Below are positions 30,320-42,542 of a stretch of DNA of 64,000 nt, piece after piece. This DNA is from Octopus vulgaris. Lineage: Eukaryota. Below the pieces are notes generated by a model. It had not been told where the DNA came from. It made no database searches and worked only from the letters and a program-made list of their open reading frames with translations. The stretch is from NCBI GenBank assembly GCA_951406725.2, contig OX597837.1, forward strand, positions 36,456,001-36,520,000, given 5' to 3'. The first letter of the stretch is position 1. Each line of letters begins with the position of its first letter. The position numbers and the translations under genes were made by a program.

Positions 30320-30814
30320 AGCATAAACCTGAAAATGTGACCAGAAATGATGATGTAACAGTACTCTGAGACATGCCCAATCAACACCGATAAAGAAATC
30401 AAGGCAAACAGGACGGACATCGTCATCAAAGATGGGAAGAATAAGAAATTCTTAATGATAGATGTGACAGTACCATCAGAGAGAAATGTGTCCATTAAAG
30501 AAGCTGAGAAGTTATTTTAGTACAAAGACCTATAAATAGAAGTGACCAAGATGTGGGGAATGAAATGCAGCACAGGACCAATGGTAATTGGAGCTTTAGG
30601 GCTAATAAAAAAGGGCCTTGATAAGCAGCTAAACAAACTCCCTTGCAGTGTTAACGTGGGAGAACTTCAGAAAATCGTGTTACTAGGTTCCGCACACATT
30701 TTACGTCGTGTACTCTCCATGAGATGAGGATCTGCTGTGACCCTAGTGTCAAAGGATGACCCCGGTTCAGAAGAAGACAACTGACCATATTTTATTTTTT
30801 AAAAATAATAATAA
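30320..30814 (+). mobile_element. Dong/R4 clade LINE 3' end (restriction-like endonuclease), pseudogenised
   Basis: HKPENV...TDKEIKANRTDIVIKD...LMIDVTVPSERNVSIKEAEKLF*YKDL*IEVTKMW...MVIGALG...LQKIVLLGSAHILRRVLS. Contains stops and a frameshift and ends in (TAA)n. Confidence 0.9.
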
Positions 30815-30975
30815 CATTGAAAAATACCTTAGGAATGAGAACCCAGGTTAGACATTTCCCCAAAACAGCTGGTGAAGGCTTGGAGGGTATATCAGCTGAA
30901 ACGTTGTGTTAACAACAAACAAGATGAGGACAAATATCCGTCAAATGTAAATAATGTAAATAATGTAAATAATGC
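30815..30975 (+). mobile_element. Retroelement 3' fragment, hammerhead-like motif at 30864-30910
   Basis: AACAG-CTGGTGA-A-GGCT...AGCT-GAAA-CG-TT-GTGTT, ending in three AATGTAAAT repeats. Confidence 0.6.
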
Positions 30976-31096
30976 ATCCAAATTTTATCAATTCTTTCAG
31001 AAGTAACAAAATTAGATTGCTACTATAAGAATACTCTACAATGCTATAAGAATTATTATTGTGATTATTAAGTTTAATTAGTATCTCAAATAAAAC

Positions 31097-31099
31097 TAT

Positions 31100-31142
<43 letters not shown>

Positions 31143-31169
31143 CGTTATTATTTTTACTATTATTATTAC

Positions 31170-31217
<48 letters not shown>

Positions 31218-31240
31218 CATTATTATTATTATCATCATCA

Positions 31241-31299
<59 letters not shown>

Positions 31300-31301
31300 C
31301 A

Positions 31302-31377
<76 letters not shown>

Positions 31378-31385
31378 CATCATCA
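31097..31385. repeat. (TTA)n tract
   Basis: Direct reading of the sequence. Confidence 0.95.
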
Positions 31386-31841
31386 ATTAATTAATTAATC
31401 AGTTAAATGAATTATTATGAATATAATTATTAGGAATATAATTATTATGAATATTATTATTATGAATATTATTATTTATAATATAATTATGAATATAATT
31501 ATTTAGTATAAGGAAGATATCTTATTTGTAATTTGTAATTAATATCAAATTACTAATATAATGATGTATTTTACACTAAATACAAGTATTTGCTTTAGAA
31601 AGATCCAAAACATTCTGAATTAATCAACTAAAAAATTAATTTTTCCAAATTTTATATTATTATATAGATTAAGATGACAAACTTTAAAGATATACATACA
31701 TATTTTTAGATATACATATATATATATATATATACATATGTATACATATATATACACACACACAGTATATACACCCTCATTTATATATACATATCCATAT
31801 ACATACACACACATATACATAGCCAGATATTCACACGCATG

Positions 31842-31926
<85 letters not shown>

Positions 31927-32006
31927 GTACATATACTTATACACACAGATTCTGAGATATATATACATAGATACACAAATATAGATACATACAAAATAAA
32001 TATATA

Positions 32007-32228
32007 GGCGCAGGAGTGACTGTGTGGTAAGTAGTTTGCTTACCAACCACATGGTTCCGGGTTCAGTTCCACTGCGTGGTACCTTGGGCAAGTGTCTTCT
32101 ACTATAGCTCGGGCCGACCAAAGCCTTGTGAGTGGATTTGGTAGATGGAAACTGAAGGAAACACAGACACATATACATATAAACATATATAGATACGATG
32201 GGCTTCTTTCAGTTTCCGTCTACCAAAT
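32007..32228 (+). mobile_element. SINE family A 5' half with an inverted internal segment
   Basis: The head is intact to 32156. Positions 32160-32228 are the reverse complement of the SINE middle. Confidence 0.88.
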
Positions 32229-32383
32229 GTTTACAGTCCAGCAAAACGTGCCCATCGGAAGAATTCACGGAATGACTAGTAAAAAAATAGAAGTCACAAC
32301 TGATCGAAGGGGTTAGCCATTAACTGGAACTTGAGAGCCAATCCTGTATCAGCCCGGATAACATATCTCCCAAAAACTCTCTT

Positions 32384-32442
<59 letters not shown>

Positions 32443-32454
32443 GCATATATATAC

Positions 32455-32523
<69 letters not shown>

Positions 32524-32559
32524 AATATATATTTATTCATAATACACACATACACACAC

Positions 32560-33295
32560 ATATAAATAACAAAAAAAAATTATATACATTTAGCCAAGGT
32601 TTCGCACCTACAAAGCCAAAGCGTTGTGGACAGCTCGTCAGACACAATATGAATACAAAATTTAAAATTCGGCGAGTACTTCGTTCAAGAAACGTTTTCT
32701 TAATCACCAGTCATCCTTCACAGTCCCAGAAAGACGGTTTGTTACATCCCTGGCCCGCCAGGTATGGAACCTCAAAGATCAAGGGACCCAGTATGATATC
32801 AGATGGAAATTAATTGATTTTTCCAGGCCTGTATATTAATGGAAGTGGCCTTTGCAAGATCTGCATCGCGGAGAGAACCAAAATTCTTAAGGCCTTTAAG
32901 AAGCCTGGTACATTAAACAGCCGTAAAGAAGTGTTTTCTAAATGTATCCACTTTAAGCTAGAAAATTGGATCTCCCAGTTTGCTCGTTAGGCCGCTCCGA
33001 GTCTATAAAGGTTTGCACCCCCTTCCTCTGAATAAGGAGAAATAACTCGTACTCATTAACGTTTTTTTGTATGCTTCAAGTTCTGAGCGTTTCCTCACGT
33101 CTTCGATGTAGATATTTTTATCTACTCTATATCTCTTATCTCATAGCTCATATAGAGTCTGGGAAGCGGTTCACAGAGTTTTGGGCTCTGTGGTCGCAAA
33201 ACCTTGGGTAACTCTATATAAGATTTTGTTGCAATAATTACTGCTCTGTTTATTAGAGTATGCTTCTTTCTGATATGTGGTTTTTTATTAACTGA
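32560..33295 (+). mobile_element. Penelope-like element remnant: GIY-YIG endonuclease C-terminus (32669-32990) flanked by hammerhead-like motifs
   Basis: My translation (one frameshift, absent from the ORF track): [15 protein letters not shown]...[24 protein letters not shown].../YINGSGLCKICIAERTKI...TLNSRKEVFSKCIH. Antisense motif at 32582-32650, sense motif at 33150-33219. Confidence 0.85.
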
Positions 33296-33300
33296 ATATA

Positions 33301-33512
33301 TATATATAGTTACTCCAAACATGAAAACTCAAAGAGAAAACACAATACCGCGAGGACGTGGAACAAGTATAGTGTTATTGGTCGCTCAGGACAGGAAAGA
33401 AAGGAGGATTTAACGTCTCGAGCGGAGCTCTTCGTCAGAAACATAGGAAAAGGAAAGATCCAAGGAAGGGAAGACAGAGGAAGAAAATCGCCAACGGTAC
33501 ACACGCGGTCAC

Positions 33513-33544
<32 letters not shown>

Positions 33545-33993
33545 AATGAGGAAATTGTACAAAATGTATAAATAGATGATGAGTAAAGCACCGGCACAGT
33601 TTCGATTACCTGTTGTTATCCGTAGATTTACTGCAGGGACTTCGTAGTAGAGGTTGGGGTAACAGTATTAATAAAATAGGAGCTGGAATGTGTAATAGAT
33701 TTTATTGGGTACAACACATGCTTCGACCTGTTCTGGGTCTCTTCAAATACATCAATAAAATGTCTCATTAGAGATTTGAGTCGGCTTACATATATATATA
33801 AAGTTAATCCAAACATGTAAACACAACAACGCGAGGACGTGGAACAAGTATAATGTTATTGGACGCTCAGGGAAGGAAAGAAAGGAGGATTTAACGTTTC
33901 GAGCGGAGCGCTTCGTCAGAAACATAGGAAAAGGAAAGATCTAAGGAGGGGAAGACGGAGGAAAAAAGTCGCCAACGGTACACACGCGGTCAC

Positions 33994-34028
<35 letters not shown>

Positions 34029-34287
34029 TGTATGTATGTATAATGAGGAAATTGTACAAAATGTATAAATAGATGATGAGTAAAGCACCGGCACAGTTTC
34101 GATTACCTGTTGTTATCCGTAGATTTACTGCAGGGACTTCGTAGTAGAGGTTGGGGTAACAGTATTAATAAAATAGGAGCTGGAATGTGTAATAGATTTT
34201 ATTGGGTACAACACATGCTTCGACCTGTTCTGGGTCTCTTCAAATACATCAATAAAAGTCTCATTAAAGATTTCTTGAGTCGGCTTA
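33301..34287 (-). repeat. Tandem duplication (unit about 495 bp) of two adjacent Penelope-type terminal fragments, families P3 and P4
   Basis: 33542-33788 is nearly identical to 34039-34287. P3 motifs at 33408-33442 and 33889-33923; P4 motifs at 33704-33756 and 34201-34253. Confidence 0.85.
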
Positions 34288-34424
34288 TGTACCGCTCTAT
34301 AGTCAATTAATAAAAATATTTTTTTTTATATGAGTGTATATATTCTTACACGGAGAGAATACCCTTGACAGGACTTCTTACATGCTAAAAAGGGCAGTTA
34401 AACCCAAACCACGAAAAACGGAAT

Positions 34425-34464
<40 letters not shown>

Positions 34465-34469
<5 letters not shown>

Positions 34470-34835
34470 TTGTCTACTGTTTATGCAAAGTTTGACCACC
34501 ACCTGTATCTACACCATAGAACCATCATGGTATCCAATATGGCTTTTTAAACCCGACAATGTTCTGAAAAGACGCCCACATAGATTGCACATCCGATTTG
34601 GACCACCAAGAGCTGCTGATAAGTTCTGATCATTGTGGATCTTAAAATGTCTTTTGAGGCCTCCGTTAGATTTGCAAACCATCTGGTAAACACTGCATTC
34701 AAATGTGTGCACAGACACATAAGCAGAATAGTTGGTGGAGGTTCGTTTTCCATGGGTTCGCAAATGAGATTTGAGCGCAGCAAAAGAAAGGCATGGTCTG
34801 TCACAAATAGGCTAATAGGCACTAGGGTGAATAAA
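34465..34835 (-). mobile_element. Putative LINE 3' end with tandem C2H2 zinc fingers
   Basis: ...MRTH...FECSVYQMVCKSNGGLKRHFKIH...CNLCGRLFRTLSGLKSHIGYH*, then a short UTR and (TA)n. Second copy at 36968. Confidence 0.72.
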
Positions 34836-35341
34836 AAACATTAATTAACCCTATATATATACTGACATACATTCAGGAAAGGAGAAAAGAGAACGAGAAA
34901 AATAGGATAAAAATTTGATCATGTAACTTTAGACATTAATTTTTAAGTTATTAAAATAAAACAAAGAGAAATATTTGCTGAAGGATATAGTACAACTCCT
35001 AGCGGGGGAAAATGCTAGCGTAGTGGAGTGTAAATCAATAGCTTTGCTATTTCCCAGTTCTCGAAAATTGGAACATGAACTAGAAGATGAATAACTACAG
35101 ATACAACAACAACAGCAACAATAACAAAACATCCAATAAATGCTGTCTCAAATAATCATCGTAATCAAATATTATTAATATGATAACTAGAGAAAATTAT
35201 ATTCGCTTGTTTAAATGTTAAATGGATTTAGTTCAGCGAGATCAAATTTGAAATGAAAATAAACTTAATGTATGTGTTAATATGTAAGGAGTCGTTTTAT
35301 TAGTGATTACACTGTATGAATACATGTATACGTACGTTTGT

Positions 35342-35692
35342 GGAGACGCAATGGCCCAGTGGTTAGGGCAGCGGACTCGCGGTTTCGATTCCCAGACCGG
35401 GCGTTGTGAGTGTTTATTGAGCGAAAACACCTAAAAACTCCACGGGGCTCCGGCAGGGGATGGTGGTGATCCCTGCTGTACTCTTTCACCACAACTTTCT
35501 CTCGCTCTTACTTCCTGTTTCTGTTGTACCTGTATTTCAAAGGACCGGCCTTGTCACTTTCTGTGTCACGCTGAATATCCCCGAGAACTACGTTAAGGGT
35601 ACACGTGTCTGTGGAGTGCTCAGCCACTTACACGTTAATTTCACGAGCAGGCTGTTCCGTTGATTCATAGTTGTAACCGACGGAGTGCTTCC
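35342..35692 (+). mobile_element. tRNA SINE (head H1, tail T2)
   Basis: Head matches 19775; tail matches 44365-44546. Confidence 0.9.
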
Positions 35693-35839
35693 ATACGTTT
35701 ATAGCAAAATGACGAAATGGTTACGTAACGTTTTCAGAATTATTATGCAATCATGTACTCACCTCATCAGTATTCCACACTTTACTCTGCCCTTTTACGT
35801 GTGGGTGTGGGGCGGAGAGAGAGAGAGAGGGGGAGAGAA

Positions 35840-35970
35840 GGTGTGCAGCCTAGTGGTTAGGGCGTTGCACTCAAAATCGCGAAATTGCGATTTCGATTCC
35901 CAGACCAGGGCGGTTGTGTTGTGTTCTTCAGCAAAAAACTTCGTCTCACGTTGCTCCGCGCTCAGTCATT
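35840..35970 (+). mobile_element. Diverged CORE-type SINE head (H2)
   Basis: GCCTAGTGGTTAGGGCG...TTCGATTCCC...TCACGTTGCTCC. Confidence 0.7.
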
Positions 35971-36127
35971 TCGACAATTGACGTGTGGCACATTTGTTCA
36001 CCTGGGCAGAAAATGTCGATTTGATGGAGAGAACGACCTTGCGTTACGACACCAACATTTGATTACTATAAACAAAACATCAGTGTGTTTGTTCAGCAAG
36101 AAGCTGCAGAATCTTCATTCATAAAGG

Positions 36128-36173
<46 letters not shown>

Positions 36174-36194
36174 ATTCAGCCTCTTTCTTCTGGC

Positions 36195-36770
36195 TATTTC
36201 ATCATGGTGGACCGTTAATCCCTACCCATTTTTTTTTTTGCTCCGTTTTTTTCCTTCTCTCTCCTTTTATTCCTCGTCGTCCTTTCTGTCGAAGAGCGTA
36301 GGCTCGAAACGTTAAAGACTTTTCCATTCTTCCCGAGTGTCAAACTAACACACCTGCGTGTTATTCCTGCATCTGTCTTACTCTTCTGTTTTCTGTAAAT
36401 TATATATATATATTATATACAGTATAAAATAATATAATATAGTATATAATATGCAAGTGTGTATATGTGTATATATATAAATATACACACACATATGTAT
36501 ACACGCACACACATGTATACCTATAAATTTACAGAAAATTAAAAGACGAAGACAGGAGTATAAACAACAAGCGGGTGTATTGGTTTGATGCTTGGGAAAG
36601 TGAGGAAGTCTTTTACGTTTCGAGCCTACGCTCTTCGACAGAAAGGAATATGAAAAAATAAACAGATTTAGCGATCAAGCTTGGCGACTAGTTGGGGAAA
36701 AAAGGGTTTGACGGGAGAGGTAGAACGAAAGGGAGATAATAAAGTATTGGTGATCCCAAAACAATGGTGT
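36195..36770. mobile_element. Two family P1 fragments in convergent orientation (36195-36402 plus, 36522-36770 minus)
   Basis: Both carry CCTTTCTGTCGAAGAGCGTAGGCTCGAAACGT (36279-36319 plus; 36608-36646 minus). Confidence 0.75.
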
Positions 36771-36924
36771 GCGCGCGCGAGTAGGTGTGTCTGTGTGAGT
36801 GAGAGAGAGTGTGTGAAGTATGTATATGTTCATTGTCGAACCGAGAGTTTAACTGCAGTTCTTCCATAGTACTTACATAGCCTTACCTGCCACCTTGAAT
36901 CTTCTGTATACTGTTATCTTTCTC

Positions 36925-36967
<43 letters not shown>

Positions 36968-36971
<4 letters not shown>

Positions 36972-37118
36972 GGTGGTTGTCTATTCCTTATGCAGAGTTT
37001 GACCACCTCACTTATCTACATCTTAGAACCATCATGGTGTCTGGTGTGGCTTTTTAAACCAATGTTTTGAAAAGACACCCACATATATTGCACCTCCGAT
37101 TTGGACCACCAAGAGCAG
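36968..37118 (-). mobile_element. Short copy of the zinc-finger LINE end at 34465
   Basis: Shares GGTTGTCTA..TTATGCA.AGTTTGACCACC and CCGATTTGGACCACCAAGAGC. Confidence 0.8.
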
Positions 37119-37180
37119 TATATGTGTAACCCTACAAACCGGTCATGTATATTTTTATCTCTTTCTACCTCTCATATATA

Positions 37181-37214
<34 letters not shown>

Positions 37215-37219
37215 ATATA

Positions 37220-37412
37220 TAGGGGTGGCCAAAAGTCACGTGACAGTAAATCAAAACCATTTAATTCCAAGATGAAAACAAAAAATTACTTTGTGTGTGA
37301 CTTCGCTAATAGATGGACAAATTATTAAACATTCCTAATTGGAATAAATAAATAAAATTGAATATTAAGTATTTGTGGAATTTTTATTTACAGCCGGATT
37401 TTCTTTGGCCAA

Positions 37413-37417
<5 letters not shown>
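37220..37417. mobile_element. Tc1/mariner-type MITE related to 1070-1299
   Basis: Same first ~55 bp (CAAAAGTCA..TGACAGTAAATCAAAACCATTTAATTCCAAGAT) and a degenerate right TIR, TTTGGCCAAC. Confidence 0.72.
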
Positions 37418-37488
<71 letters not shown>

Positions 37489-37515
37489 TAGATAGATAGT
37501 TACGTTAGATAGATC

Positions 37516-37551
<36 letters not shown>

Positions 37552-37812
37552 TAGATATTTATAAATATATATGTAGTTATATGTATATGTGTGTGTGTGT
37601 GATTGTGTATGTGTAGTTATATAGTCGCGTATACATATATGTGTAGAGAGACAGTCATTTAGGAATATATATATAGACATTTATAGATATACATGTGTGT
37701 GCGTGTATATATATGTGTGTGTATATTTATATATATACACATATACACACTTGCATATTATATACTATATTATATTATTTTATACTGTATATAATGTATA
37801 TTATCCACATAC

Positions 37813-37846
<34 letters not shown>

Positions 37847-37847
37847 G

Positions 37848-37915
<68 letters not shown>

Positions 37916-37916
37916 G

Positions 37917-37979
<63 letters not shown>

Positions 37980-37980
37980 G

Positions 37981-38037
<57 letters not shown>

Positions 38038-38228
38038 CGCTTAACTAAGAGGATGATAGGAAAAAACTTAGAAGCATTGTGTCGTTGCTTTCAATTTCAT
38101 TTTCACAAGAGCTTCAATAAAGGAAAACAAAACATCGCGTTACAAAAGCAAACGCAATATAATTTCACAGAAGAAAAAAAAATCACACGAGTTTCTTGTG
38201 TGTGCGTGTAAAGTATACATACATATAC

Positions 38229-38261
<33 letters not shown>

Positions 38262-38522
38262 TGTTGAAGACGGTTAAAAGGCCTGCTGTGCAGTCTCCGT
38301 TTCATCGGTCGGCTGATTGCGCAGCCGAACTGTCCCGCCATGTTTAACAAGTGGGTCTACGCAATAAAAAATGATTGACGCAGACGACCTATTAGCTCGA
38401 GACTAACTAGACAAAGCTAACAGGCAAGATAATAGTAATTGCAACAACAAAAAACGACGACGACGACGACGATAATAGTGATAACAACAACAACAACAAC
38501 AACAATAATAATAATAATAATA

Positions 38523-38588
<66 letters not shown>

Positions 38589-38607
38589 GTTACTATTATT
38601 ATTATCA

Positions 38608-39072
38608 TTAGCGCGCGGGCGAAATGCGTAGCCGTATTTCGTCTGCCGTTACGTTCTGAGTTCAAATTCCGTCGAGGTCGACTTTGCCTTTCATCCTTTC
38701 GGGGTCGATAAATTAAGTACCATTTACGTACTGGGGTTGATGTCTGTCCTTGTTTGTCCCTTCTGTGTTTATCCCCTTGTGGGTAGTAAAGAAATAATTA
38801 TTACTATTATTTCAAATTTTTGCCACAAGGACAGTCTGGGGGAGGTGGGGGATGAGTCGACTACATCGACCTCAGTATTCAACTGATACTTATTTTATCG
38901 ATCTCGAAAGGATGAAAGGCAAAGTCGACCTCGGCGAAATTTAAACTCAGATCTTTCTACTAAAGGCACAAGGCTAGTAATTTTTTGGTGGTGGGGGGGT
39001 TAATATCGATCTCAGTACTCAACTGGTACTTATTTTATCGATCTCGAAATGGTGAAAGGCAAAGTCGACCTT
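38608..39072. mobile_element. Cluster of SINE family C copies (38608-38796 plus; 38810-38952 minus; 38960-39072 minus)
   Basis: Each contains GAAAGGCAAAGTCGACCT or its reverse complement. Confidence 0.85.
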
Positions 39073-39073
39073 T

Positions 39074-39118
<45 letters not shown>

Positions 39119-39254
39119 ATGGTGGTGGTGGTGGCGGCGTTGGCGGCGGCGGTGGTGGTGGTGGTGGTGGTGGTGGTAGTAGTAGTGGTGGTGCTGCTTG
39201 TGGTACTAGTAGTATTGGTGGTGGTATTGGTGGAGATGGTATTGGTAGTAGATG

Positions 39255-39288
<34 letters not shown>

Positions 39289-39382
39289 AAAGAAGAAGAA
39301 TAACAACAACAATGGCATTTGATTTTTTTTGCACAAGGCCAGTAATTCTACAAGGCGGGGGTTTCTCGATTACTTCGCCCCA

Positions 39383-39615
39383 AGTATATATGTATGTATG
39401 TATGTATGTTTGTGTGTCTGTGTTTGTCCCCCCAACTTCGCTTGACAACCGATGCTGGTGTGTTTACGTCCCCGTAACTTAGCGGTTCGGCAAAAGAGAG
39501 CCGATAGAATAAGTACTAGGCTTACAAAGAATAAGTCCTGGGGTCGATTTGCTCGACTAACAGGCGGTGATCCAGCATGGCCGCAGTCAAGTGACCGAAA
39601 CAAGTAAAGAGAGAG
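39383..39615 (+). mobile_element. SINE family A 3' half
   Basis: Aligns to 280-534. Confidence 0.9.
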
Positions 39616-39639
39616 TACTTATCAGTATAGTTAATGCTT

Positions 39640-40060
39640 TCATTTCTTATAGGGATCTTCTAACTATAAATATAATCATGGCACATTAAAATGAAAGGGC
39701 CGATCTCAGAATTATGAAGGCCCTCTTTATAAACAAGTTGAGACCGGCCATTAACAACAGGGACTACTCGAAGCAGACAGGTTGCTATAGCAACACCAGT
39801 CTGCGCATATCACTTTCCTCTTCTTCATTTCTTCCCCTGCGTCCTTCCCCTCACACATCTGAGCAACGACGTTTTCCAACTACCGCTTTTTCCAAATGTC
39901 CTGAAGAAGGGATTTTAACCCCGAAATATAGAAATACAAAATAAAACTACAACTTTGTTTTGTTTTGTTTCCATTTCCTTTTGTACCTGACTTTGTACCT
40001 TCCCGTATTGTTCCGGTCTTACTCAACAATCTTCTTTAAAATCTTAATTATTGTGCGCTT
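39640..40060 (+). mobile_element. Penelope-like 3' remnant: GIY-YIG terminal motif and hammerhead-like motif at 39897-39934
   Basis: DLRIMKALFINKLRPAINNRD resembles the E-x3-I-x4-P-x-L-N end motif. It is followed by TC-CTGAAGA-A-GGG attttaac CCC-GAAA-TA-TA-GA. Confidence 0.7.
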
Positions 40061-40086
40061 GCCTTATTTTCTGCTGTTATTTCATG

Positions 40087-40448
40087 CTCTTTTACTCTTT
40101 TACTTTTTTCAGTCATTTGACTGCGGCCATGCTGGAGCGCCGCCTTTAGTCGAGCAAATCGACCCCAGGACTTATTCTTTGTAAGCCTAGTACTTATTCT
40201 ATCGGTTTCTTTTGCCGAACCGCTAAGTTACGGGCAAAATTGTATTAGTAAAGGTTTCAAATTTTGGCTCAAGGCCAGCAATCTGTGGGGGAAGATGTCT
40301 AGTCGAGTACATCGACCCCAGTGTTCAACTGGTACTTATTTTATCAACTCCGAAAGGAAAAAGTCAAAGTCGACCTCGGCGGGATTTGAACTCAGAACAT
40401 AAAGATGGGCGAAATGACACTAAACCACGGTAACGCCTCTGCCAGCTG
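40087..40448 (-). mobile_element. SINE family A tail (40087-40233) and a SINE family C variant (40255-40448)
   Basis: Alignment to other copies in the window. Confidence 0.85.
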
Positions 40449-40479
40449 ACAAGCTACGGCCAACTGGTCAGTTATTTAC

Positions 40480-40658
40480 TCCTACTCCTCCGCCTTCTCA
40501 TCCTTCCCCTTTTCCTTCTCCTCATCCTTCTCCTTCTACTCATCCCCTCATCAGCATCCTTCTCATCCTCCTTTCTCCTCTACTTCCTCGTCATCCTCCT
40601 CCTCTACCTCCTCTTTATCATCATCATCATCGTCGTCGTCGCCGTCATTATCATCATC

Positions 40659-40690
<32 letters not shown>

Positions 40691-41068
40691 CTTCATCATC
40701 ATCATCATCATCGTTCTCCATTTCCTTCTCTTCCTTCTCCTGCTACTCCTCCTTTCTCTTTATCCTCCTCTTCATCATACTCCTCCTTCTCCTCCTACTC
40801 ATCCTCCTCATCAGCATCCTTCTCCTCATCCTCCTCTCTATTTATCCTCTTTCTCCTCTCTCTTCATCTTCTTTCTCCTCTTCCTCCCCGTTATCATCAT
40901 CGTCGTCATCATCATTATCATCATCATCGGCATCATCATCATCATCATCGTCAAATCATCGTCATCATCATCACCATCATCCTCATCGTTCTCCATTTCC
41001 TTCTCCTTCTCCTGATGCTCCTCCTTTCTCCTCTTCCTCCTCCTCCTCCTCCTCCTCCTCCTCCCCCT
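40480..41068. repeat. (CCT/CAT/CTT)n low-complexity tract with an internal duplication of about 270 bp
   Basis: CATCGTTCTCCATTTCCTTCTC at about 40709 and 40984; CCTCATCAGCATCCTT at about 40546 and 40806. Confidence 0.85.
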
Positions 41069-42074
41069 TGTACTATTATCGCTTCAGCAGACACCAGCAC
41101 GCCGCAGCGAGTAATTTCCTTGCTGGCTTCTATAAACATGGTCTACTATACTCGTTTAATTCCATTGATCAGGGTAGCTTTAAGTGACGAGACACACAAA
41201 GAGGTCGAAACACGGCGCTATCTCAAACTTCCCTTACGTACCAGTGTGTGAGTGTGAATACGTGTATGTGTATGCGTGTGTATGTGTGTGTATGCGTGTG
41301 TATCTGCATGTTTGTGTGTGCCCGTGCATGAGTATGTTAGAGCATTCTAATAAAAGCATCTGTGTGTGTGTGTATGTTTATGTGTTTGTACGTGGTTTTG
41401 TGTATGCGTCTCTATGTATTTGTAACGTGTATGCGTGAGATTACGTTTTTGCGCATGCGCATATGCGTCTTGGTGCGCCTTTGCATGTGCAAATTAGAGT
41501 AAATATGTCAGAAGGAGGGGGAGATGTGAGACGGGGGTGCCAGGATTAGCGAAGCACCTCGCATTTCGTTTTGTCTTTCTAGGTTCAAATCCCGACAGAT
41601 CTAGGATCGATAAAATAAATTATGCCAGTGAAACACAGCAGGTGGTTCCACCGATACTAATCGAAATTCTAAATCGGCGAAGATCAATATTTGGTAGAGT
41701 AAGGGAGTGGATATGTGTGTGTGTGAGAGAGAGAGAGAGGGGGGGTAAATAAGACGGGGTGTGGAATTGAAAGCAGAGGAAGGGAGGGAGTGAAAGATAA
41801 AGGAGTAGGGGAGGAGGAGGATGACGATGATGACGATGATGATGAGAAGAGAACGTGAGTGAGGGGGGATGAGGAAGACAGTGAGAGAGACGGGGTTACG
41901 GAGGGAGATGGTGAGAGAAAAGAGATGGGGAATGAATGGGGAGAGAGGGAGACTGAGAGAGAATGTGACAAAGTTAGCCCAATTACAGGCACAACTCATT
42001 TTTGCCAGCCGAGTGGACTGGGGCAACGTGAAATATACATATACATATATATATATGTATATAGATAGATAGAT

Positions 42075-42111
<37 letters not shown>

Positions 42112-42124
42112 TATGTATTATGAG

Positions 42125-42162
<38 letters not shown>

Positions 42163-42239
42163 CAATGAGAGAGAGAAAGATGTATGCATAACACAAAATT
42201 AACGTACATATATATGTTTATGCACATATATACATGTCG

Positions 42240-42507
42240 ACTGGCTTCCGTGCCGGTGGCACATAAAATACACCAATCTGACCGTGGCCGTTGCCAGCCC
42301 CGCCTGGCACCTGTGCAGGTGGCACGTAAAAAGCACCCACTACACTCACGGAGTGGTTGGCGTTAGGAAGGGCATCCAGCTGTAGAAACATTGCCAAATT
42401 TAGACTGGAGCCTGGTGCAGCCTTCTGGCTTCCCAGAACCCCGGTCGAACCGTCCAACCCATGCTAGCATGGAGAACGGACGTTAAACGACGATGATGAT
42501 GATGATG

Positions 42508-42508
<1 letters not shown>
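42240..42508 (+). mobile_element. Non-autonomous RTE-associated retroposon (SINE) 3' part
   Basis: Repeated GTGC(C/A)GGTGGCAC(A/G)TAAAA, then GGCGTTAGGAAGGGCATCCAGCTGT, ending GGACGTTAAACG(ATG)n. Confidence 0.7.
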
Positions 42509-42538
<30 letters not shown>

Positions 42539-42542
42539 CATA

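Noticed and set aside
34509-34763. Host C2H2 zinc-finger gene exon
   Set aside because: No TGEKP linkers, multiple 5'-truncated dispersed copies, and short UTRs abutting microsatellites favour a retroelement origin.
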